Below, piece by piece: positions 26,056 to 40,000 of a stretch of DNA of 64,000 nt (positions are counted from its first letter, which is position 1; each line of letters opens with the position of its first letter). A model generated the notes under the pieces. The model made no database searches. It worked only from the letters and a program-made list of their open reading frames with translations, and was not told where the DNA came from. Origin of the DNA: Octopus vulgaris (taxonomy: Eukaryota); assembly GCA_951406725.2 (NCBI GenBank), contig OX597842.1, forward strand, positions 248,001-312,000. The letters are read 5' to 3'. Both the position numbers and the translations under genes were made by a program.

Positions 26056-27131
26056 CATCTAGAAGACGAGAAGTTCATAGAAGCTGCCACGTTTTAATTT
26101 TTGGTGCCAATACTTGTTCTCGGGTAAGTCTTTTTAAATTCCACGTTGGGCAGGGCCATCGAGGCCCTAAGCACTTAAAAGAATTTGGTGTCTCCTTAAA
26201 AGATTATGTAATTCAAAATATAAACAATTACAAATGATAAAATAAAACTTTCTCCTACTTTTTTGAATTGCAAAATCATTGATCGGATCGTCATAAGGAA
26301 TCGTAGATAAGGCATCTGCATCAATACTTAGTTGCGACAGAGGTATCCCAAATATTATTTAGCAAGCTTCCCAACCACATGATTTCATTCTCAGTACTAC
26401 TTTGGGGAAGAGTCTTCAACTATAGCCTCGGGCCAACCGTTGCATCTATGTAATTAATGAAAAATATTTTTAATTAAATGATATGGATGTAGCATGTTAA
26501 AAGTCTGTAATATAATTTAGACCTAACAATGGACAGTCCTCACCGATGTTGTTTCTCTATAAAAGCTTTTTAAAAAATAATGTTTAAAAAACCCGTAACT
26601 AAAGATGTGTACCCCACCGACTATGTTGCCTCATAACTTCCAGAAAAATGGATACTTTTTTTTAAAAAATTCAATACATTTTCAGTAAAATATTCAAAAA
26701 TATAGTTTTTTAATTTTATATTTCAGCTTCTGTAGAGAAACTAAGTTGCTTTTCTGGCTTTTATTTCCCACATGGTTCAAACATGTATTGTTTTTGAATA
26801 TTTTTATCCCCATAAAAACATTTATGCTATTAAAAAAGATTAGTTTGAAAATTTGATTTTTGGCGGGATTCTCGTTTAAGTACCCCATATAACTACTCAT
26901 AACCTTTTTTAACATTTTGGAATTAAAAAAAAATTCAGTACATTTTTCAGTAAAATGTTCAAAAATATAGTTTTTTAATTTTATATTTCAGCTTACGTAG
27001 AGAAACTAAGTTCCTTTTCTTGCTTTTATTTCCCACATGGTTCTAACGTGTATTGTTTTTGAATATTTTTATCCCCATAAAAACATTTAGTTTTAAAATT
27101 TGATTTTTGGCGGAATTCTCGTTTAAGTAAT

Positions 27132-29906
27132 ATACAAACACTAGCTAAATGGTAACTAAGTTATTTTTCTAAATACTTTGTTATATTTAAAATAAATTGA
27201 AAAACAAACACAGGGCATCTCAACAGTAATATGGTAACGAAAAGGGTTCAAGACAATTGGTCAAATGTGTCTTCAATTTGCACAAAATTTGGCTGCTATT
27301 TCTAACAAGTGAAACAAAATCTGCAAATTTACCCTTTTGATACTAACCCAGATAAAACCGGCTCTGGCTCTGAGTACAAATGTCTTGTTTTCAAAAGTTT
27401 TGAATTAAAATCTTCCACCAAACCTTAGTCACAATTTATGTTCCTAACACTAGCTTAATGATAACCAAGTTATTTTACTAAATTCTTTATTATATTTAAC
27501 CCTTTTGATACCAACCTGGCTGAAACCGGCTCTGGCTTTGTAGTACAAATGTCTTGTTTCCATAAGTTTTGAATTAAAATCTTCCACCAAACCTTAGTCA
27601 CAATTTATGTTCCTAACACTAGCTTAATGATAACCAAGTTATTTTACTAAATTCTTTGTTATATTCAAAATTAATTGAAAGGAACACAGAGCATCTCAAA
27701 ATAAATACAGTAATGAAAGGGTTAAGGAGTGGAACATACAATCTGTTGTAATTCAGACCACCTCAACGTCCCAGCAGACAAAATAGAAAAGGAGTTGCCC
27801 AGGAGGATGGCAACGGAGATGCGCTGGAACAGTCACTCTGACCCACAGGGCTTGCACATGCGGGTAGCCATTTCTGCCTGATAGCTGTGAGCAGGGATGT
27901 GATCCAGGGCCCTAGGTTGCCAGAGGTCTCCAATGTGCACACTCAACCAAAAACCCACCATTCCACAAAGATTTCTTTCCAAAACTTTTCCTAAATAAAA
28001 ATCGTTATATTATCTTTCTGTGTATTTGTTTTTCGTTTCATCTAGTTTCAGCTCACGAGCTGTGGCCATGCTGGGGCACCGCCTTGTTTTAATTTAGAGT
28101 GTACCACTTGAAATAGGTATCACTATGAATTTTTGAAAATTTACTTTTTCTTTTTTTTTTTCTTGGTGAAATGAAAGGATGTGTAATTTTCAAATGAAAT
28201 GATGTGTGATATAAGGAAATCCAAACAATGAAAAGGACTTAGTTTCTGAAAGATAAAAATAAAAGAAACTATTTTAAAAAATTTTACTTAAAATGTACTG
28301 AATTTTTTTTAAATTCCAAAAGTAAAAAGGTTATGAGTGGTTATATATCGATATGCTATTTTCTGACAGTGATTCTTTTAAATTAATAATTAAGAAAATA
28401 TTTCATTTTATGATCCAGAAAGTGAAACACCATGCTGTCTTTTCAATAATCATATTAATTTATGTGTGTTGCTAAAATTTTCTGAAATTATAAGAGCTGT
28501 TTAAACTAGGATTCTACCTGGAAGGACACAATTATACAAATACTTTTAATTTGGTATTTGTTTTCATTCAGCAAGAAGAATGAAAGAGACAAAAAATGCA
28601 GTTTCTTTAGTGTTGTATAGTAACTGATAAAACTCAAAAAAAAGGGGGGGGGAGGGAGCAGAAACAGTGCAAAGTTTAAATCTGTCTCGCTTCAAATTTT
28701 ACATTAACCCTTTTGATACCAACCTGGCCAAAACCTGCTCTGGCTCTGTAGTACAAACATCTTGTTTTCTTAAAGTTTTGAATTAAAATCTTCTTCCAAA
28801 CCTTTGTCACAATTTATGATACAAACACTAGCTAAATGGTAACTAAGTTATTTTTCTAAATACTTTGTTATATTTAAAATAAATTGAAAAACAAACACAG
28901 GGCATCTCAACAGTAATATGGTAACGAAAAGGGTTCAAGACAATTGGTCAAATGTGTCTTCAATTTGCACAAAATTTGGCTGCTATTTCTAACAAGTGAA
29001 ACAAAATCTGCAAATTTACCCTTTTGATACTAACCCAGATAAAACCGGCTCTGGCTCCGAGTACAAATGTCTTGTTTTCAAAAGTTTTGAATTAAAATCT
29101 TCCACCAAACCTTAGTCACAATTTATGTTCCTAACACTAGCTTAATGATAACCAAGTTATTTTACTAAATTCTTTATTATATTTAACCCTTTTGATACCA
29201 ACCTGGCTGAAACCGGCTCTGGCTTTGTAGTACAAATGTCTTGTTTCCATAAGTTTTGAATTAAAATCTTCCACCAAACCTTAGTCACAATTTATGTTCC
29301 TAACACTAGCTTAATGATAACCAAGTTATTTTACTAAATTCTTTGTTATATTCAAAATTAATTGAAAGGAACACAGAGCATCTCAAAATAAATACAGTAA
29401 TGAAAGGGTTAAGGAGTGGAACATACAATTTGTTGTAATTCAGACCATCTCAAGGTCCCAGCAGACAAAATAGAAAAGGAGTTGCCCAGGAGAATGGCAA
29501 CGGAGATGCGCTGGAACAGTCACTCTGACCCACAGGGCTTGCACATGCGGGTAGCCATTTCTGCCCGATAGCTGTGAGCAGGGATGTGATCCAGGGCCCT
29601 AGGTTGCCAGAGGTCTCCAATGTGCACACTCAACCAAAAACCCACCATTCCACAAAGATTTCTTTCCAAAACTTTTCCTAAATAAAAATCGTTATATTAT
29701 CTTTCTGTGTATTTGTTTTTCGTTTCATCTAGTTTCAGCCCACGAGCTGTGGCCATGCTGGGGCACCGCCTTGTTTTAATTTAGAGTGTACCACTTGAAA
29801 TAGGTATCACTATGAATTTTTGAAAATTTACTTTTTCTTTTTTTTTTTTCTTGGTGAAATGAAAGGATGTGTGATTTTCAAATGAAATGATGTGTGATAT
29901 AAGGAA
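27132..29906. repeat. ~1.09-kb direct duplication: 27132-28218 and 28819-29906
   Basis: Near-identical from ATACAAACACTAGCTAAATGG to GATATAAGGAA; offset 1687-1688. Confidence 0.95.
27500..27721. mobile_element. piggyBac-type MITE (TTAA flanks, CCCTTT...AAAGGG ends); further copies at 28708-28933 and 29187-29408
   Basis: ttaa|CCCTTTTGATACC...GTAATGAAAGGG|ttaa. Confidence 0.8.
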
Positions 29907-30076
29907 GATTTAGCTGTTGTGTCTTGCACATCCCACAAACACTGTATACCTTTCACAGAATAACATATAGACGTAGATTAAAGAACAAACAAAATGTGAA
30001 AACCAATTCATTATTTTAAGCATTAAAAACATAAATTCAAGACATTATCAATATCTGTAACTTACTGCAAACTCAT

Positions 30077-30078
<2 letters not shown>

Positions 30079-30161
<83 letters not shown>
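30079..30161. repeat. (GA)n microsatellite
   Basis: direct reading. Confidence 0.98.
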
Positions 30162-30163
<2 letters not shown>

Positions 30164-30589
30164 ACCCAAAATAAATATGTAAATACTGACACATATTCTG
30201 ACTATTCAAAATTGGATGAAAAAAATTACACCTGACTTTAATACTTTACAAAATCATATTCATTGCACAACATGGTCTTTATTGGCAGAATTTTACCAAT
30301 ATTTCCCAAAGAAAAACAAAATTTATATGTACGACAATATCTGCCCAGTTTGCCCAATGTTCCTCCAAATATTAAAAATGACATTCTCCACACAACGATT
30401 TCATGCTAAGTTTCGGCTAAGGAAGACTTATTAAACTCAATACAGGGCAAGTTTTATGTAGAAATATATGTTTACTTAATAGTTAGTTTGTCCATTTCTT
30501 GGTATTCTGGCACCAACATCAGATTTGAGGCTTGGATGTGTGTTGCGTCTGACCTCTCACCACATCTGGATACATCAGTTAAAGAAGTA

Positions 30590-30805
30590 GGGTGAGCTGG
30601 CAGAAACATTAGCACGCTGGGCGAAATGCATAGCCGTATTTCGTCTGCTGCTACGTTCTGAGTTCAAATTCCGCTGAGGTCGACTTTGCCTTTCATCCTT
30701 TAAAGGTCGATAAATTAAGTGCCAGTTACGCACTGGGGTCGATGTTATCAACTTAATCCGTTTGTCCCCTCTGTGTTTAGCCCCTTGTGGGCAATAAAGA
30801 AATAT
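30590..30805 (+). mobile_element. Full SINE family 2 copy ending about 175 bp upstream of the signal-peptide ATG
   Basis: GGTGAGCTGGCAGAAAC (A box-like)...GAGTTCAAATTCC (B box-like)...GGGCAATAAAGAAAT. Confidence 0.85.
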
Positions 30806-30979
30806 ATAGTATTTGAAATAGTTAAGAATAAGATCTCCACTGCCAGAGTCTCGACCATAAATCTATTAAAGAGTGACTGATGATATTGTGACTGTTTGTT
30901 TTTCTCAGCCTGACCAGCAGCGGACCCTGGGTTATAAGCTTTGTTATTTTGCAGCTTTTGAAACTTATTTTTTCAGATC

Positions 30980-31034
30980 ATGGGTATTTCGAACTTATTA
31001 AAGGTGCTCCTCCTTTTCTCTATAACATATTTCC
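30980..31034 (+). CDS. First coding exon: N-terminal signal peptide MGISNLLKVLLLFSITYF (+1 nt)
   Basis: tttttcag-ATC-ATG GGT ATT TCG AAC TTA TTA AAG GTG CTC CTC CTT TTC TCT ATA ACA TAT TTC C|gtaagt; Lys followed by a hydrophobic core; phase-1 donor matches the micro-exons. Confidence 0.8.
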
Positions 31035-34000
31035 GTAAGTTTTATTTTTTATTTTATTTCATTTTTTCCATAACTTATTTTTGTTAAGGCAAACTTACTC
31101 AAGTGCACAGAGGTCTGGAATTGGTCTCTCACATAAGGAGGATTTTCTTTGTTTGGACAGGGATTTTTCCAATTTTGTTTTTAGCAGAGCTTTAGAAATG
31201 ATGCATTTTATGGAAGAAAATTTTGGAACATTTTTGATTTTCCACCACAATCCAACTTATAAATTATCTACCTCATTAACAAATTATATACAGAACCTCA
31301 GGTCCCGAAACATTCCCTATATTCTACCCTGGTTAATTAACAGTGAGCTCTCACACCCACCCACCCCATACAACACTAATCTTGGCACTGTGTATGAGAA
31401 TCATCCACTATCTTTCAAAACCACAACTCCTATTTATTTAATAAATTTTCAGATGTAATCCTCTCATGTAAACACAGAACCTATTCCTTGTTTGCCTATT
31501 ATGTTAAATCTATGTAATCTATTTACTCATACATGTCTACATACCTCGGTACTTTGATGTGCAACTGACCCATCTTCATTTTTAAGATTTCCCCTTTGCT
31601 ACACAACTAGCATCTGTAACTGGACCTTTTCTCTCCTTTTAATACTCGCCTCTCCCATCTTCCACCTTTCCAATATCCCTTAGTTCTATAGTGCCACCAT
31701 CCCTAACTATTAACATCTATTGTCATACCCAACAATGACTACCCTTGAAAATACTTTTCCTCTCACACCTCCCACTCATCTCCCAATTTTCCACTTCCAC
31801 TTCTTTCAATACCCTGATCACCCCACCTCCATCTTCCTAATCTGGCTATCTCTTCTTACCCCCTCCTTGTGTCAACATACCCACATTGAGCTACTTACTT
31901 CCTCCCTCCTGGTTTTTGAATTAATCATTCATTATCTTGTAGTTTTGACATTTTGATGATGTGATTGTTTATTTTTAGACTGACATTGAAGGGTAGGTGT
32001 GAGAGGGTGGATGTGGCTAGTTCAAACATAAAACAGATATGGCTGTATTAATCCTTCAGCAATCAGGTTACTGTGAAATATAATGTTCTTTTATTCATAT
32101 TATTTTGAATTATATCATCTTAAAATCAAAAATTTTTGTTTCCATTTTTTACAGAATCGACAAATACAAATGATGATAATATCACCCAAAGTGGTAAGTG
32201 GATTAACAAACCTTTTCTCTCTTTTTAAACTAGACATTACCTTTTTATTTCTGTCTTCTATTTCTTTCTCTTAACTCATAACTTTTATCCAATCTTTTGA
32301 TTTTTGATTTCTTTTAATTTTTAATTTAAACTTTGAGAAAGGCTAAAGAGCCAAAAATGCACATCAGGGAATACATGGCAAACAGTGGTTTTCCACCAGG
32401 GTCATGATGGTTTGTGGGGGTCCATATAGGACTGACACCTTCAATTTTGCTATGGATCCAACAAGCCACAGCATTGTGGTGAACTGCATTCCATGCATTG
32501 GCAAGCTTCTATTGTTTCATGGCCTTCCTAACACCCAACACTTTACCTCATGCAGCGGCTGCTTTTCTTCATTGCACCACCACTCATTTGGTTACCATGT
32601 AGCTGCTATCATGACAGTCATTCTGAATAGGATTGTAGTTATGATGTTTATCATCATCAGTTGTGGCACCTGTGCCAGTGGCACGTAAGAAGCACCATCT
32701 GTACGTTGCCGATGACAGCATCGCCTTGACTGGCTTCCATGTCGGTGGCATGAACAAACCACCAACCGATCATGGCCGTTGCCAGCTTCCCCTGGCACAT
32801 AAAAAGTACCCACTACAGTCACGTGTGTTTCGCGTTCAGGAAAGGCATCCAGCTGTAGAAACACTGCCAGATCAGACTGGAGCCTGGTGCAGCCTCCTGG
32901 CTTCCCAGATCCCGGTCGATCCGTCCAACCAATGCAAGAATGGAAAATGGATGTTAAACGATGATGATGATGTTTCATGCAGAATTCATTCCTCCTTTTT
33001 AATGCCAACCATTTTACAGAGTACTTGGAGGCTTTTTTACATGGCACCAATACTAGGAGGTCGCCAATAACTATAAAGACAAAGGAAGTGGAAGGAAAAA
33101 GTCCCGACCAAAGAGCATAGCAGTGAGGTTGGTGGCTTTATACTAGGTGCTGAGAGGTTAAAATAAGTGGGGTGGGTGTAAGTGGAAAGTGACATGGTTT
33201 AATCAGGCGTACACCCATGTCAGCTGAAATCATGTCCCAATAAACATAAATCTCATTAAATTAAAACTCGTTAGTCTAAGTGTAATAAGATGTCTAATTC
33301 CTTTTGATGGTCTCTATTGCACATTTTCCCTTTTAATTTCCAAGGGCAAAAATATTGACCCTTTAGCATTCAGATTATTCAGTGAAATTTAATCCTTATT
33401 TATTCACATTGGTTTGAATTAATCATGGATTATCTCGTAGCTTTGAAATTTCATTGATGTGATGATGAATTTTTGGAATAACATTGTAGGGTAGGTGTGA
33501 GAGGGTGGATGTGGCTAGTTCAAACATAAAACAGATATGGCTGGATTAATCCTTTAGCAATCAGATTACTGTGAAATATAATGTTCTTTTATTCCAATTA
33601 TTTTGAATCATATCATCTTAAAATCAAAAATTTTTGTTTCCATTTTTTACAGATTTGATAAATATAAATGATGATAATATCACCCAAAGTGGTAAGTGGA
33701 TTAACAAACCATTTCTCTCCTAGACATTACCTTTTCAGTTCTGTCTTCTATTTCCTTCCCATAACTCATAAGTTTTAGCCAATCTTTTGATTTTTGATTT
33801 CTTTAAATTTTTAATTTAACCTTTGAGAAAGGCTAAAGAGCCAAAAATGCACATCAGGGAATGTACTGCAGCAGTGGTTTTCGACCGGGGTCATGATGGT
33901 TTGTGGAGGTCCATATAGGACTGACACCTTCAATTTTGCTATGGATCCAACACACCAGAGCATTGTGGTGAACTCCATTCCATGCATTGGCAAGGCTTCT

Positions 34001-37000
34001 ATTGCTTCATGGCTTTCCTAACACTCACCACTTTAGCACATGTAGTGGCTGCTTTTCTTCATTGCACCACCACTCATTTGGTTACCATGTAGCTGCTATT
34101 ATGACAGTCGTTCTGAATAGGATTGTGGTTATGATGTTTATCATCATCAGTTATGGCACCTGTGCCGGTTGCACGTAAAAAGCACCATCCGTACGTTGCT
34201 GATGCCAGCGCCGCCTTGACTGGCTTCCATGTCGGTGGCATGAAAAACCACCAACCGATCGTGGCCGTTGCCAGCCTCCCCTGGCACATAAAAAGTACCC
34301 ACTACAGTCACGTGTGTTTCACGTTTAGGGAAGGCATCCAGCTGTAGAAACACTGCCAGATCAGACTGGAGCCTGGTGCAGCCTCCTGGCTTCCCAGATC
34401 CCGGTCGATCCGTCCAACCAATGCAAGCATAGAAAACGGATGTTAAACGATGATGATGATGTTTCATGCAGAATTCATTCCTCCTTTTTAATGCCAACCA
34501 TTTTACAGAGTACTTGGAGGCTTTTTACATGGCACCAATACTAGGAGGTCGCCAATAACTATAAAGACAAAGGAAGCGGAAGGAAAAAGTCCCGACCGAA
34601 GAGCATAGCAGTGAGTGTGGTGGCTTTATACCAGGTGCTGAGAGGTTAAAATAAGTGGGGTGGGTGTAAGTGGAAAGTGACATGATTTAATCAGGCGTAC
34701 ACCCATGTCAGCTGAAATCATGTCCCAATAAACATAAATCTCATTAAATTAAAACTCGTTAGTCTAAGTGTGATAGGATGTCTAATTTCTTTTGATGGTC
34801 TCTATTGCACATTTTCCCTTTTAATTCCAACGGCAAAAATATTAACCCTTTAGCATTCAGATTATTCAGTGAAATTTAATCCTTATTTATTCACATTGGT
34901 TTGAATTAATCATGGATTATTTCGTAGCTTTGAGATTTCATTGATGTGATGATGAATTTTTGGAATAACATTGTAGGGTAGGTGTGGGAGGTTGGATGTG
35001 GCTAGTTCAAACATAAACAGATATGGCTGGTTTAATCCTTTAGCAATCAGATTACTGTGAAATATAATGTTCTTTTATTCACGTTTTTTTGAATAATATC
35101 ATCTTAAAATCAAAAATATTTGTTTCTATTTTTACAGATTTGGAAGATGAAAATGATGAAAATATCAGCGATAGTGGTAAGTGGATTAACAAACCGTTTC
35201 TCTCCTAGACATTACCTTTTCAGTTCTGTCTTCTATTTCTTTCCCTTAACTCATAAGTTTTAGCCAATCTTTTGATTTTCGATCTCTTTAAATTTTTAAT
35301 TTAATCTTTGAGAAAGGCTAAAGAGCCAAAAATGCACATCAGGGAATGTACTGCAGCAGTGGTTTTCGACCAGGGTCATGATGGTTTTTGGGGGTCCATA
35401 TAGGACTGACACCTTCAAGTTTGCTATGGATCCAACAAGCCACAGCATTGTGGTGAACTGCATTCCATGCATTGGCAAGGCTTCTATTGTTTCATGGCCT
35501 TCCTAACACCCAACACTTTACCTCATGCAGCGGCTGCTTTTCTTCATTGCACCATCACTTATTTGGTTACCATGTAGCTGCGATTATGACAGTCTTTCTG
35601 AATAGGATTGTTGTTATGATGTTTATCATCATCAGTAATGGCACCCAGTGCCGGTGGCACGTAAAAAGAACCATCCATACGTTGCCGATGACAGCATCGC
35701 CTTGACTGGCTTCCATGTCGGTGGCATGAACAAACCACCAACCGATCGTGGCCGTTGCCAGCTTCCCTGGCACATAAAAAGTACCCACTATAGTCACGTG
35801 TGTTTCGCGTTTAGGAAAGGCATCCAGCTGTAGAAACACAGCCAGATCAGACTGGAGCCTGGTGCAGCCTCCTGGCTTCCCAGATCCCGGTCGATCCGTC
35901 CAACCAATGCAAGCATGGAAAACGGATGTTAAACGATGATGATGATGTTTCATGCAGAATTCATTCCTCCGTTTTAATGCCAACCATTTTACAGATTACT
36001 TGGAGGCTTTTTTACATGGCACCAACACTAGTAGGTCGCCAATAACTATAAAGACAAAGGAAGAGGAAGGAAAAAGCCCCAACCGAAGAGCATAGCAGTG
36101 AGTGTGGTGGCTTTATACCAGGTGCTGAGAGGTTAAAATAAGTGGGGTGTTTGTAAGTGGAAAGTGACATGGTTTAATCAGGCGTACACCCATGTCTGAT
36201 GAAATCATGTCCCAATAAACATAAATCTCATTAAATTAAAACTTGTTAGTCTAAGCGTAATAAGATGTCTAATTTCTTTTGATGGTCTCTATTGCACATT
36301 TTCCCTTTTAATTTCCAAGAGCAAAAATATTAACCTTTAGCAATCAGATTATTCAGTGAAATGTAATCCTTATTTATTCACATTGGTTTGAATTAATCAT
36401 GGATTATTTCGTAGCTTTGAGATTTCATTGATGTGATGATGAATTTTTGGAATAACATTGTAGGGTAGGTGTGGGAGGTTGGATGTGGCTAGTTCAAACA
36501 TAAACAGATATGGCTGGTTTAATCCTTTAGCAATCAGATTACTATGAAATATAATGTTCTTTTATTCACGTTTTTTTGAATAATATCATCTTAAAATCAA
36601 AAATATTTGTTTCTATTTTTACAGATTTGGAAGATGAAAATGATGAAAGTATCACCGATAGTGGTAAGTGGATTAACAAACCGTTTCTCTCCTAGACATT
36701 ACCTTTTCAGTTCTGTCTTCTATTTCTTTCCTTAACTCATAAGTTTTAGCCAATCTTTTGATTTTCGATCTCTTTAAATTTTTAATTTAATCTTTGAGAA
36801 AGGCTAAAGAGCCAAAAATGCACATCAGGGAATGTACTGCAGCAGTGGTTTTCGACCGGGGTCATGATGGTTTTTGGGGTCCATATAGGACTGACACCTT
36901 CAAGTTTGCTATGGATCCAACAAGCCACAGCATTGTGGTGAACTGCATTCCATGCATTGGCAAGGCTTCTATTGTTTCATGGCCTTCCTAACACCCAACA

Positions 37001-40000
37001 CTTTACCACATGTCGTGGCTGCTTTTCTTCATTGCACCATCACTTATTTGGTTACCATGTAGCTGCGATTATGACAGTCTTTCTGAATAGGATTGTTGTT
37101 ATGATGTTTATCATCATCAGTAATGGCACCTGTGCCGGTGGCACGTAAAAAGAACCATCCGTACGTTGCCGATGACAGCATCGCCTTGACTGGCTTCCAT
37201 GTCGGTGGCATGAACAAACCACCAACCGATCGTGGCCGTTGCCAGCTTCCCCTGGCACATAAAAAGTACCCACTATAGTCACGTGTGTTTCGCGTTTAGG
37301 AAAGGCATCCAGCTGTAGAAACACTGCCAGATCAGACTGGAGCCTGGTGCAGCCTCCTGGCTTCCCAGATCCCGGTCGATCCGTCCAACCAATGCAAGCA
37401 TGGAAAACGGATGTTAAACGATGATGATGATGTTTCATGCAGAATTCATTCCTCCGTTTTAATGCCAACCATTTTACAGATTACTTGGAGGCTTTTTTAC
37501 ATGGCACCAACACTAGTAGGTCGCCAATAACTATAAAGACAAAGGAAGAGGAAGGAAAAAGCCCCAACCGAAGAGCATAGCAGTGAGTGTGGTGGCTTTA
37601 TACCAGGTGCTGAGAGGTTAAAATAAGTGGGGTGTTTGTAAGTGGAAAGTGACATGGTTTAATCAGGCGTACACCCATGTCTGATGAAATCATGTCCCAA
37701 TAAACATAAATCTCATTAAATTAAAACTCGTTAGTCTAAGTGTAATAAGATGTCTAATTTCTTTTGATGGTCTCTATTGCACATTTTCCCTTTTAATTTC
37801 CAAGAGCAAAAATATTAACCCTTTAGCAATCAGATTATTCAGTGAAATTTAATCCTTATTTATTCACATTGGTTTGAATTAATCATGGATTATTTCGTAG
37901 CTTTGAGATTTCATTGATGTGATGATGAATTTTTGGAATAACATTGTAGGGTAGGTGTGGGAGGTTGGATGTGGCTAGTTCAAACATAAACAGATATGGC
38001 TGGTTTAATCCTTTAGCAATCAGATTACTGTGAAATATAATGTTCTTTTATTCACGTTTTTTGAATAATATCATCTTAAAATCAAAAATATTTGTTTCTA
38101 TTTTTACAGATTTGGAAGATGAAAATGATGAAAGTATCACCGATAGTGGTAAGTGGATTAACAAACCGTTTCTCTCCTAGACATTACCTTTTCAGTTCTG
38201 TCTTCTATTTCTTTCCCTTAACTCATAAGTTTTAGCCAATCTTTTGATTTTCGATCTCTTTAAATTTTTAATTTAATCTTTGAGAAAGGCTAAAGAGCCA
38301 AAAATGCACATCAGGGAATGTACTGCAGCAGTGGTTTTCGACCGGGGTCATGATGGTTTTTGGGGGTCCATATAGGACTGACACCTTCAAGTTTGCTATG
38401 GATCCAACAAGCCACAGCATTGTGGTGAACTGCATTCCATGCATTGGCAAGGCTTCTATTGTTTCATGGCCTTCCTAACACCCAACACTTTACCTCATGC
38501 AGCGGCTGCTTTTCTTCATTGCACCATCACTTATTTGGTTACAATGTAGCTGCGATTATGACAGTCTTTCTGAATAGGATTGTTGTTATGATGTTTATCA
38601 TCATCAGTAATGGCACCTGTGCCGGTGGCACGTAAAAAGAACCATCCGTACGTTGCCGATGACAGCATCGCCTTGACTGGCTTCCATGTCGGTGGCATGA
38701 ACAAACCACCAACCGATCGTGGCCGTTGCCAGCTTCCCCTGGAACATAAAAAGTACCCACTATAGTCACGTGTGTTTCGCGTTTAGGAAAGGCATCCAGC
38801 TGTAGAAACACTGCCAGATCAGACTGGAGCCTGGTGCAGCCTCCTGGCTTCCCAGATCCCGGTCGATCCGTCCAACCAATGCAAGCATGGAAAACGGATG
38901 TTAAACGATGATGATGATGTTTCATGCAGAATTCATTCCTCCGTTTTAATGCCAACCATTTTACAGATTACTTGGAGGCTTTTTTACATGGCACCAACAC
39001 TAGTAGGTCGCCAATAACTATAAAGACAAAGGAAGAGGAAGGAAAAAGCCCCAACCGAAGAGCATAGCAGTGAGTGTGGTGGCTTTATACCAGGTGCTGA
39101 GAGGTTAAAATAAGTGGGGTGTTTGTAAGTGGAAAGTGACATGGTTTAATCAGGCGTACACCCATGTCTGATGAAATCATGTCCCAATAAACATAAATCT
39201 CATTAAATTAAAACTCGTTAGTCTAAGTGTAATAAGATGTCTAATTCCTTTTGATGGTCTCTATTGCACATTTTCCCTTTTAATTTCCAAGGGCAAAAAT
39301 ATTGACCCTTTAGCATTCAGATTATTCAGTGAAATTTAATCCTTATTTATTCACATTGGTTTGAATTAATCATGGATTATCTCGTAGCTTTGAAATTTCA
39401 TTGATGTGATGATGAATTTTTGGAATAACATTGTAGGGTAGGTGTGAGAGGGTGGATGTGGCTAGTTCAAACATAAAACAGATATGGCTGGATTAATCCT
39501 TTAGCAATCAGATTACTGTGAAATATAATGTTCTTTTATTCCAATTATTTTGAATCATATCATCTTAAAATCAAAAATTTTTGTTTCCATTTTTTACAGA
39601 TTTGATAAATATAAATGATGATAATATCACCCAAAGTGGTAAGTGGATTAACAAACCATTTCTCTCCTAGACATTACCTTTTCAGTTCTGTCTTCTATTT
39701 CCTTCCCATAACTCATAAGTTTTAGCCAATCTTTTGATTTTTGATTTCTTTAAATTTTTAATTTAACCTTTGAGAAAGGCTAAAGAGCCAAAAATGCACA
39801 TCAGGGAATGTACTGCAGCAGTGGTTTTCGACCGGGGTCATGATGGTTTGTGGAGGTCCATATAGGACTGACACCTTCAATTTTGCTATGGATCCAACAC
39901 ACCAGAGCATTGTGGTGAACTCCATTCCATGCATTGGCAAGGCTTCTATTGCTTCATGGCTTTCCTAACACTCACCACTTTAGCACATGTAGTGGCTGCT

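Noticed and set aside
31081-31956. ORFs 31081-31458 and 31720-31956
   Set aside because: Non-ATG starts, no recognisable motifs, and they lie in the predicted first intron of the micro-exon gene
33020-33177. Possible second exon per unit (ccattttacag ... gt|gtaagt)
   Set aside because: In-frame stop in the phase required by the micro-exons, and A-run indels between units
33692-33725. Acceptor-like tttctctcctag shortly after most micro-exon donors
   Set aside because: Would give a ~30-nt intron, too short, and is disrupted by an insertion in A/A' units
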